Below are positions 21,659-29,287 of a DNA stretch of 64,000 bases, in pieces. Location of the stretch: IMG/VR virus record IMGVR_UViG_3300013093_000017, positions 165,676 through 229,675 of that record, one strand, 5' to 3'. Every line of letters starts with the position of its first letter. Position 1 is the first letter of the stretch. Under the pieces are notes generated by a model. That model had not been told where the DNA came from. It made no database searches and saw only the letters and a program-made list of their open reading frames with translations. A program made the translations under genes and the position numbers.

Positions 21659-22573
21659 ATGACAATAACAATAACACCAACTGGCCGCAAAGTAAAATAT
21701 CTTAATAATAGAGACTTACTAGCAGAAATACATAAAAGTAAATGTACATACAGTAGTTTTACACTTCCGGAATACAAGCAACACGACATTATTCTAACAA
21801 ATCTTGATAAAATCAATATCAGGACTATCGCAGATGCCAAACGAGCCCGTGCTAAACGCATGGGGTTAGAAGCATTTATGAATGCCCGCATTGCAGGTGA
21901 TAAGAAAATCAAATTAGGAGAGTGTACGCCAGACTATACCACTATTCCTAAGACAGATATTGTTATCCGCATCATGACATTCGATCATATTCCGCTCTCT
22001 CCGGGCAGAAAAAAAACAACCAAAACAGTAGCAGACGCACACGAAAAAGTTAATTTTCCTCCATTCCAACATTGGAAGTTTAACGAGAACGATGAACTCA
22101 TTTGTGTGGCAAAAAGCCATTGGAAAGGCCCTGTAGATACAGGATACTTTAGTAAAGACCATGGTCGTATTACAGAAAATCTAGGCAAGATGTATATTAA
22201 ACTGTCAGAGCGTTACGCACAGCGTAGTAACTGGCGTGGCTACACCTACATTGATGAAATGAAGGGACAGGCTATTCTACAATTAAGTCAAATTGGTCTA
22301 CAGTTTGATGAGTCGAAATCAGAAAATCCATTTGCCTACTACACCGCAGCAGTCACTAACAGCTTTACTCGTGTGCTGAACATAGAGAAGAAGAGCCAAA
22401 ATATCCGTGACGACCTATTAGAAACAGCAGGACTTACTCCAAGTATGACACGTCAGAATCAAACAGAATTTGCTGACGAGATTGCCCGTCAAGCTGAGAT
22501 TTACAAGAACTTACGCATGCCAAAGAGTCAATCGGGCGACTTTACCGAAGATGATTCAGAGGAAAGTGCTTGA
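21659..22573 (+). CDS. gp55: Late-transcription sigma factor, T4 gp55-like
   Basis: KYLNNRDLL N-terminus; NWRGYTYIDEM and FDESKSENPFAYYT motifs; upstream of gp47/gp46 as in T4-like phages. Start ATG 21659 follows AAGGAG. Confidence 0.85.
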   Translation: MTITITPTGRKVKYLNNRDLLAEIHKSKCTYSSFTLPEYKQHDIILTNLDKINIRTIADAKRARAKRMGLEAFMNARIAGDKKIKLGECTPDYTTIPKTDIVIRIMTFDHIPLSPGRKKTTKTVADAHEKVNFPPFQHWKFNENDELICVAKSHWKGPVDTGYFSKDHGRITENLGKMYIKLSERYAQRSNWRGYTYIDEMKGQAILQLSQIGLQFDESKSENPFAYYTAAVTNSFTRVLNIEKKSQNIRDDLLETAGLTPSMTRQNQTEFADEIARQAEIYKNLRMPKSQSGDFTEDDSEESA

Positions 22574-22599
22574 TCTTTGGTCAAATAAGATGTTAAACT
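22570..22599 (+). promoter_or_regulatory. Sigma70-type promoter upstream of gp47
   Basis: TTGATC, 18-nt spacer, TG-extended TAAACT; same geometry as the gp55 promoter; followed by AGGAG. Confidence 0.5.
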
Positions 22600-22621
22600 T
22601 AATGTAGGAGAGTACCTATTA

Positions 22622-23635
22622 ATGGCATTGTTTAAGAAAGTAGCATGTTTTACAGATTTACACGTAGGATTAAAGGGAAATAGCGCAGCGCATTTGAAAG
22701 ATTGCGAAGATTTTGTAGATTGGTTTATTCTAGAAGCCCAGGCTGCAGGTTGCGAGACCTGCATCTTTCTTGGTGACTGGCATCATAATCGCAATAGTAT
22801 CAACTTGATTACCTTAGACACCAGTATTCGCTGTCTAGAAAAATTAGGTGCTGCCTTTGAACAGTTCTACTGGTTTCCCGGTAATCACGATCTGTACTAT
22901 AAAGATAAACGCGATGTACACAGTTCAGCATTTGGAAAACATATTCCAGGTGTAACTGTCGTAGATGGTGTGCAGACCTTAGACGATGTTACTCTTGTGC
23001 CTTGGTTAATAGGTGACGAGTGGAAGGACATGAAAAAGGTCAAAAGCAAATATGTGTTTGGCCACTTTGAACTTCCACTATTCTACATGAACGCTATGGT
23101 ACAGATGCCAGATCACGGTGAACTACAGGGCACAGATTTTGCAGGCCCAGACTACGTGTTCAGCGGTCACTTTCATAAACGACAGGCTAAAGACAATATT
23201 GTGTATATTGGTAATGCATTTCCACATAATTTTGCAGATGCATGGGACGATGAGCGCGGTATGATGGTATTAGAGTGGGGCGGTGAACCCAAATATATCA
23301 ACTGGCCGGACTGTCCTAAATTCCGCACACTTAAACTCAGTCGCTTAATTGACGAAAAAGACTCAATTATGAAGAGCAAGATGTATCTGAAAGTTAATAT
23401 GGATATTAATGTTAGCTACGAAGAAGCAAACTACATCAAAGAAACATTTATGAAAGACTATGACATTCGCGAGATCAGTATGATCCAAGAAAAGATTAGC
23501 ATGGATACCGTTATCGATGACACAATTGACAGTAAATTTGAAAGCGTCGACCAGATAGTTACCGAAGAATTAATTAAGATTAACAGCGAACAATTTGAAC
23601 AAAAGATGTTGTTAGACATTTACAATAACCTATAA
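22622..23635 (+). CDS. gp47: Recombination endonuclease subunit (Mre11/SbcD-like)
   Basis: Metallophosphoesterase motifs TDLH, GDWHH, GNHD, GHFE, SGHFH. Confidence 0.92.
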   Translation: MALFKKVACFTDLHVGLKGNSAAHLKDCEDFVDWFILEAQAAGCETCIFLGDWHHNRNSINLITLDTSIRCLEKLGAAFEQFYWFPGNHDLYYKDKRDVHSSAFGKHIPGVTVVDGVQTLDDVTLVPWLIGDEWKDMKKVKSKYVFGHFELPLFYMNAMVQMPDHGELQGTDFAGPDYVFSGHFHKRQAKDNIVYIGNAFPHNFADAWDDERGMMVLEWGGEPKYINWPDCPKFRTLKLSRLIDEKDSIMKSKMYLKVNMDINVSYEEANYIKETFMKDYDIREISMIQEKISMDTVIDDTIDSKFESVDQIVTEELIKINSEQFEQKMLLDIYNNL

Positions 23636-23697
23636 GAGAACCTATGGTAAATACTTTTGTTGTGTTAGCAACAAACAAGTATATAGGAAATCAAACA

Positions 23698-24534
23698 ATG
23701 TTAATTCAAGTAGAGAAGTATATTAATCGAAAATCAGTTCGCCAACAAGTTACAAAAATTGACGATGATATTATTATGTCATTAAGTGAAGTGGTGAACC
23801 ACTTTGGTGATAATGTATTCAATAGGAATAAATCAATCTTTTCTCAACAAATTATTGAAAATACAATACCCACTATGATAGTAAACGGGGTGAAAGATTT
23901 AAAAGGTAATTTAATAAAATTACAGTCTGTTAAAAGAAACACCTTAGAGCATTACATCTTAATATATAACAACAATGCTAAAGACATTTATAAAGAAAAA
24001 ACTGATAAAAGTCTACAAACTAAGGAAAATTTTATAAAGAGGCATGGAGAAGAACAAGGCAATATGTTGTGGAATCGCTACTCTCAAAATAAAAGTAAGC
24101 AGAATACATTAGAAGGATTCAAAGAAAGATTTGGAAGTACTACAGGCGAAGAAAAATTTAAAGAATATAGTAATCGACAAAGATATACAAACAGTATAGA
24201 ATATTATATTGAACAATACGGCAACGATCTTGGTGAAGAATTATATTTACAACGGTATCCGGCATACGAGTACGGTGGAGATTACAAAGATTATAAAAAT
24301 GCTGTTTATCGGTTAAGCCAGAAAATATATGAAGAAAATATCAAAATTATTAATCCTAACAACTATACTAGGACTCGAATGGGAGTTAAAGATGGGTGGC
24401 AACTAGATCATATCAAACCAGTAATAGAATGTTTTAAAGAGGGGTTAACTATTGAAGAAGCATCTAATATTAAAAATTTACGAATGTTGCCTTGGAAAGA
24501 AAATTTAATGAGGAATTTTAAGTGTTTAAAATAA
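23698..24534 (+). CDS. Free-standing HNH-type homing endonuclease
   Basis: C-terminal WQLDHIKP...NLRMLPWKEN HNH-like motif; three (F/Y)xxx(H/F/Y)GxxxG repeats; very AT-rich; inserted between gp47 and gp46. Likely start is ATG 23698 after TAGGA (track start 23644). Confidence 0.7.
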   Translation: MLIQVEKYINRKSVRQQVTKIDDDIIMSLSEVVNHFGDNVFNRNKSIFSQQIIENTIPTMIVNGVKDLKGNLIKLQSVKRNTLEHYILIYNNNAKDIYKEKTDKSLQTKENFIKRHGEEQGNMLWNRYSQNKSKQNTLEGFKERFGSTTGEEKFKEYSNRQRYTNSIEYYIEQYGNDLGEELYLQRYPAYEYGGDYKDYKNAVYRLSQKIYEENIKIINPNNYTRTRMGVKDGWQLDHIKPVIECFKEGLTIEEASNIKNLRMLPWKENLMRNFKCLK

Positions 24535-26321
24535 AAAATTTGATTGTGAAAAATTTCATGTCAGTAGGAAATGTTTCACAGGCTGTTGACTTTGATAAGG
24601 AACATCTCACATTAGTCCTAGGTGAGAACTTAGATTTAGGTGGAGATGACAGCGGCTCACGCAATGGAACCGGCAAGACCACTATTGTGAATTCTCTAAG
24701 TTATGCTCTCTATGGGCAGGCCTTGACAAATATCAAGAAAGAGAACTTAATCAACAAGATCAATCAAAAAAATATGTTGGTCACTGTTGAGTTTGAGAAA
24801 GATGGTACCAAATATCGTATCGAACGAGGTCGTAAACCTAATATCCTTAAGGTTTATATCAACGATCAGGAGCAACAAGATCAGTCTGAAGTAGATGAGT
24901 CACAAGGTGATAGCCGCGAAACACAGAGATTTATTGATCATGCATTAGGTATGAGCCATACTATGTTTCGCCATTTAGTTGCATTGAACACATATACTGA
25001 ACCATTCTTGAGTATGCGAGCCGCCGAACAGCGCGAAGTAATTGAACAACTGTTAGGTATCACTTTGTTAAGTGAAAAGGCAGAAGTGTTAAAGACATTG
25101 GTTAAAGAATCTAAAGATGCTGTACAGGTTGAAACACTTCGTATTGACAGCATTAAGAATGCCAATATTAATGTTCAGAAGAGTATCGATAGTTTGGCAT
25201 TAAAGAGTGCCGCTTGGAATACCAAGAAGGAACAAGATATCGAAAGCCTTGCTAAGGCCATGATGCGATTAGAGAATGTTGATATCGAAGCCGAGTTGGA
25301 ATCACATGCTGCTCTTAAAGTATGGGACGAGCAGAACAGCAAACTAAAAGATTTAATCAAACAGAAGTCAAGTTATGACACTGCGCTAGGTCAGGCTGAG
25401 AAAACTGTTAAAAAGTACGAACGTGATGTCATAGCCTTAGCAGATAAGAAATGTCCACAATGTGAACAGGATCTGCACGATCACAAACATGAGCTATTGA
25501 TAGATGATGCTACTAAAAACCTAGAGGATGCATTGGCATATCAGCAGTCAGTGACTGCACACTCAACTGCATTACAGGAACAGATTGCTGCGATCAACGA
25601 TTTGCCTGTTAAGCCTATGACGTTTTACGACACACATGCAGAAGCACTTGGCCATAAAAACAATCTCGATAACCTAGAAAGGGCGTTGACTACAAAAATA
25701 GAAGAAGTTAACCCTTATGCTGAGCAGGTTGAAGAACTAAAAAATACAGCTCTACAAGAAATCACTTGGGATACGGTAAATGCACTTACTCGAGTCAAAG
25801 ATCACCAAGAGTTCTTGCTTAAACTATTAACCAACAAAGATAGTTTCATCCGTAAAAAGATAATTGATCAAAACTTAAATTATCTAAACAAACGATTGAG
25901 CTATTATATCGAAACCCTAGGATTGCCGCATAGTGTAGTATTCTTAAATGATCTAACTGTTGAGATTACACACTTTGGTCAGGACTTAGACTTTGATAAT
26001 CTAAGTCGCGGCGAACGCAATCGATTAATATTGTCTATGAGTTTTGCATTCCGCGATGTTTGGGAAAACTTATACCAAAGTATTAACTTACTGTTTGTAG
26101 ACGAGCTCATGGATTCCGGTCTTGATTTAGCAGGAGTAGAAGCGGGGCTAGGAGTTCTTAAAAAATTATCTAGAGAGAGAGATAAGAACGTTTATTTAAT
26201 TTCTCACAAGGAAGAATTAATTGGCCGGGTTAACAACATACTCCGCGTTGTAAAAGAAAATGGATTTACTCATTATGCTACAAATTCTGAATATATAGAA
26301 CCAAATATAGTCACGAACTAA
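24522..26321 (+). CDS. gp46: Recombination ATPase subunit (Rad50/SbcC-like)
   Basis: Walker A NGTGKT, zinc hook CPQC, signature LSRGE, Walker B LLFVDE, ISH; GTG start. Confidence 0.92.
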   Translation: MFKIKNLIVKNFMSVGNVSQAVDFDKEHLTLVLGENLDLGGDDSGSRNGTGKTTIVNSLSYALYGQALTNIKKENLINKINQKNMLVTVEFEKDGTKYRIERGRKPNILKVYINDQEQQDQSEVDESQGDSRETQRFIDHALGMSHTMFRHLVALNTYTEPFLSMRAAEQREVIEQLLGITLLSEKAEVLKTLVKESKDAVQVETLRIDSIKNANINVQKSIDSLALKSAAWNTKKEQDIESLAKAMMRLENVDIEAELESHAALKVWDEQNSKLKDLIKQKSSYDTALGQAEKTVKKYERDVIALADKKCPQCEQDLHDHKHELLIDDATKNLEDALAYQQSVTAHSTALQEQIAAINDLPVKPMTFYDTHAEALGHKNNLDNLERALTTKIEEVNPYAEQVEELKNTALQEITWDTVNALTRVKDHQEFLLKLLTNKDSFIRKKIIDQNLNYLNKRLSYYIETLGLPHSVVFLNDLTVEITHFGQDLDFDNLSRGERNRLILSMSFAFRDVWENLYQSINLLFVDELMDSGLDLAGVEAGLGVLKKLSRERDKNVYLISHKEELIGRVNNILRVVKENGFTHYATNSEYIEPNIVTN

Positions 26322-26330
26322 TAGATTGTT

Positions 26331-26338
26331 TATAAATA
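26331..26338 (+). promoter_or_regulatory. T4-type late promoter TATAAATA (representative of a recurring TAAATA motif)
   Basis: TAAATA core recurs at gene starts. Plus strand: 21582, 23648, 28501, 31631, 35905, 36254, 40315, 41656, 42156, 43283, 43818, 46000. Minus strand: 14549-54, 15025-30, 21572-77, 31655-62. Confidence 0.8.
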
Positions 26339-26346
26339 CATATATA

Positions 26347-27141
26347 ATGTCAAACACTGTTACTTCTTTTGTCTATTGGATACATCTGCAATCGCATCAA
26401 GATATGCTGCTACAAGGATACATTGGAGTTTCAATTAATCCAGAAATTCGATTAAATGATCACAAGAGCGAATCTACCAAATTAAATCCTATTAATCCTG
26501 TGTTAGCTAGTGCTTTTAAAAAATATTCAACTCAGATTATTCAAGATATTGTATTTACGGGGTCAAACACCGAATGTTATGCTTTTGAAGAGCGTATTCG
26601 CCCCACCCCACACATAGGATGGAATATCAATAAGGGCGGAGTATGCCCTCCTTCACAAAAAGGAAAGCATCGGTCGGCATTAACAAAAGAAAAAATAAAA
26701 AATAATAGCTTAAAGCAGGGAACAAATAGAACAATAGAGTATGTTAAAACCCATCAAGATGTTATTTACAAGGTGTTATCTATGATCTTAGAAAGAAATC
26801 GATGTGTTACTATTTTAAGAGAAACTGGAATAACTCGAGATTTATATAACAAAATTAAAAAAAAATATCTAACATATATTGAGTTATTAAACACCCATAC
26901 CGATTATACTTTAATAGCAGACCATATTAAAAAAACAAACGGAATGCAGCAAAAGGTATTTTCTGATAAAAAAGAGCTTTTAATAGAATTATATAGATTA
27001 ATAAATCTCAATATTAAACGAAAAATTATTCTATCTGAATTGGGCATCTCTCCTGCATTTTATGGGAGATTTAGAAACAAAGAGTTAGAATTTATATCGT
27101 ATTACAACTCACAATCTACTACCGGCGGTGATACACAATGA
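26347..27141 (+). CDS. GIY-YIG homing endonuclease with NUMOD3-like motif and tandem HTH-like C-terminus
   Basis: VYWIH...GYIGVS...RLNDH...E...GWNI, then KGKHRSALTKEKI. Start ATG 26347 lies 8 nt after a perfect TATAAATA. Confidence 0.75.
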   Translation: MSNTVTSFVYWIHLQSHQDMLLQGYIGVSINPEIRLNDHKSESTKLNPINPVLASAFKKYSTQIIQDIVFTGSNTECYAFEERIRPTPHIGWNINKGGVCPPSQKGKHRSALTKEKIKNNSLKQGTNRTIEYVKTHQDVIYKVLSMILERNRCVTILRETGITRDLYNKIKKKYLTYIELLNTHTDYTLIADHIKKTNGMQQKVFSDKKELLIELYRLINLNIKRKIILSELGISPAFYGRFRNKELEFISYYNSQSTTGGDTQ

Positions 27142-27383
27142 TAAACAAGTATGTAGAATTACATGAGAAGTTTATGGACCTGCTGGCCAAGTATCATAAT
27201 GCTCATGTAGTGTTTATCAATAAACCAAACTTCTGGAATACTCGAGAGTTCCTTGGTATTATGATAAGCATGAGTAAGGTAGTTAAAGAAATTAGAAAAA
27301 ATAATATCGCCATGCGCAAAGAAATGCAGATAGCGATAAAGGCTAGAAAGAAAGTTATAGCAGAACATAAAAAGGAGAAGTAA
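27138..27383 (+). CDS. Hypothetical basic helical protein
   Basis: ATG overlaps the upstream stop (ATGA); operon-like packing. Confidence 0.65.
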   Translation: MINKYVELHEKFMDLLAKYHNAHVVFINKPNFWNTREFLGIMISMSKVVKEIRKNNIAMRKEMQIAIKARKKVIAEHKKEK

Positions 27384-27385
27384 AC

Positions 27386-27580
27386 ATGAGTTCAACCCAA
27401 GCAATCCAAGACGCAGTAGTAGCATTCGTAGCAGAAGACGCAAAGTTCACAGCAGGTAATTCAGCAGCAGGTACTCGCGCTCGTAAAGAGTTAGCTGAGT
27501 TAGGCAAGTTAGTTAAAGCTCGTCGCAATGAAATTACCGCAGAAAAAAACGCTCGTAAAGAAGCTAAAGCTGCCAAGTAA
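27386..27580 (+). CDS. Histone H1-like (Hc1-family) small DNA-binding protein
   Basis: GNSAAGTRARKEL motif characteristic of Hc1-like proteins; K/A-rich tail; AAGGAG RBS. Confidence 0.75.
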   Translation: MSSTQAIQDAVVAFVAEDAKFTAGNSAAGTRARKELAELGKLVKARRNEITAEKNARKEAKAAK

Positions 27581-27583
27581 TAG

Positions 27584-28030
27584 ATGTCTTGGACGTATCA
27601 AGGCATATTAGTCGAAACGCTACCTGAAGATTGTGTTGGTTATGTATATCTTATAACCTGCATACCTTCGGGGCGCAAGTATATTGGTAAGAAGCTGGCT
27701 AAGTTTGCAAAGACTTCTTACAAAACAGTAACATTAAAAAATGGTACTAAGAAAAAGAAAAAGATCCGCAGCAAGATTGACAGCGACTGGCAAGAATATT
27801 TTGGATCTAGTGTAGAGTTATCTGCTGATGTCTTAACATTAGGGGTTGACCAGTTCACTCGAGAAATATTATACTACTGTAAGTCAAAAGCAGAATGTAG
27901 CTATCTTGAAGCACGCGAACAGTTTGAAAGAAAAGTTTTAGAATCCTCTGATTATTACAATGGTATAATCAGTTGTAAGATACATCAATCACACATTAAA
28001 AATTTAGACACCAAGTCACACTCCTACTAG
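27584..28030 (+). CDS. Minimal GIY-YIG nuclease (catalytic domain only)
   Basis: GYVYLIT...RKYIGKK...YFGSS...FTREIL...YLE...YYN; Lys-rich insert; no C-terminal DNA-binding repeats. Confidence 0.8.
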   Translation: MSWTYQGILVETLPEDCVGYVYLITCIPSGRKYIGKKLAKFAKTSYKTVTLKNGTKKKKKIRSKIDSDWQEYFGSSVELSADVLTLGVDQFTREILYYCKSKAECSYLEAREQFERKVLESSDYYNGIISCKIHQSHIKNLDTKSHSY

Positions 28031-28067
28031 AAAACACCAGCTAACGCAGTAAAATACAGTATAGACT

Positions 28068-28495
28068 AGCACCGGTAAATTTCGGGTGCCTTTAACCTGG
28101 ATCTAAGATCTCAGGGGCGGAAATCTTTGCGCTGTACAGAGTACTCAACCACTACCGAAAGATGAAGATCAGATATGCCTACACTAACTGATTTGGTTGT
28201 TTGAACAGGATAAATTAAAGGCTAAAAGAAGGGAGAAAAACCCTACGTTTGTGTGTATGTTTACGTATATACACAAGCCGCCGTCGTTATAAAGACGCAG
28301 CTCGAGGTACCGGACGACCGCCTCTGTAATGCTGTAACGTGAAGTGATTGCGATACTCAGATAATGCAATTTATGATCTTTGCCCGCCCTGGGCAAAGAG
28401 TGACCACTTAATCTAGATAATATCTTATGTCTTTCTTCGAAAGAAAAATTGCTCTGAGTGTTAACGAAAGAGCAAATGAGCGCAAGCTCATTATA
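28068..28495 (+). ncRNA. Candidate large structured non-coding RNA (unknown class)
   Basis: 500-nt intergenic gap in an otherwise tightly packed genome, containing more than 12 hairpins and nested long-range helices, including a GCAA-capped stem (see findings). Confidence 0.7.
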
Positions 28496-28534
28496 ACACA
28501 TAAATAAATTCATATTACCTATTAGGAATCGGAT

Positions 28535-29287
28535 ATGAGAATCGAAGAATTATTAGCTGAACAACAATTAGATGAGTTAGGTTGGAAGAATGGTACTCCC
28601 ACAAATGATGATGGAACTCCTTTACCTAAGAGTGGTATTGCTCAGGGTGTAAACAAAGTAGCTGGTGGTATAGGTAAAGCTGTAGGAGGAGTTGCAGGTG
28701 CATGGCAAGCTGCTAAACAAGGATATCAAACAGGTAAAGCTGCTGTATCAGGGCAAGGATCAAATACTCCCACGCAACCTAATGCCCCTGCTGGTCAAGG
28801 ATCTAATGTAACTACTGGTAATCAAACCTCACAAGGTGATACCCAAACAGTTGGTACTACTAAAACTGTAGGACAAACACAAACAACTCCCCAACCTAAC
28901 ACTGCAACTGCGCCTAGTGCGCCTGCTGGTCAAGAACCTGCACCACCTGCTAATACAGCACAAGCTGATCAACAGGCTAAAGTTGGAGTAGGTCAAATCA
29001 ATAAGATTATTCCCGGATTACGTACTCGTGATCTACAAAGTCTTAAGAAAACTATTGATCAACGTATGCAAGCAATGAATAAAACTCCTAATCCTACTGG
29101 ACAACAAACTCCTAATCAAGGTAATCAAACAGTGACCGCTGCTAATACTGTAGCAAATGCACCTGCAGGACAACAATCTAATGTGGGTAAATTTTCTGGA
29201 CAACCGGCGAATGTAACACAAGGCAATCCGTTAGCAATGGCAGAAAGCGCAGAATTCTACAGCAAGTTCCTAGGAAAGAATATTTAA
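28535..29287 (+). CDS. Low-complexity putative head-internal protein
   Basis: MRIEELLAE N-terminus; Q/T/P/A-rich; TAAATA at 28501 and AGGA RBS. Confidence 0.6.
   Translation: MRIEELLAEQQLDELGWKNGTPTNDDGTPLPKSGIAQGVNKVAGGIGKAVGGVAGAWQAAKQGYQTGKAAVSGQGSNTPTQPNAPAGQGSNVTTGNQTSQGDTQTVGTTKTVGQTQTTPQPNTATAPSAPAGQEPAPPANTAQADQQAKVGVGQINKIIPGLRTRDLQSLKKTIDQRMQAMNKTPNPTGQQTPNQGNQTVTAANTVANAPAGQQSNVGKFSGQPANVTQGNPLAMAESAEFYSKFLGKNI

Noticed and set aside
23647-24524. Self-splicing or GT-AG intron around the HNH gene
   Set aside because: The insert is almost entirely ORF, leaving no room for a ribozyme core, and the GT..AG join does not restore the gp46 frame.
28068-28200. Group I intron-like words in the structured element (TAAATTTCGGG, CTCAACCACTAC, ATGAAGAT)
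   Set aside because: The canonical GACTA/TAGTC P7 pairing is absent and no interrupted gene flanks the element. A remote relationship cannot be excluded without a covariance-model search.
28068-28495. tmRNA, RNase P or group II intron identity
   Set aside because: No tRNA-like ends or tag ORF, no GAGGAAAGUCC RNase P motif, and no domain V hairpin.
28184-28513. 109-aa minus-strand ORF over the structured region
   Set aside because: No RBS, opposite to local gene direction and non-protein-like composition; the dense base-pairing better explains the region.
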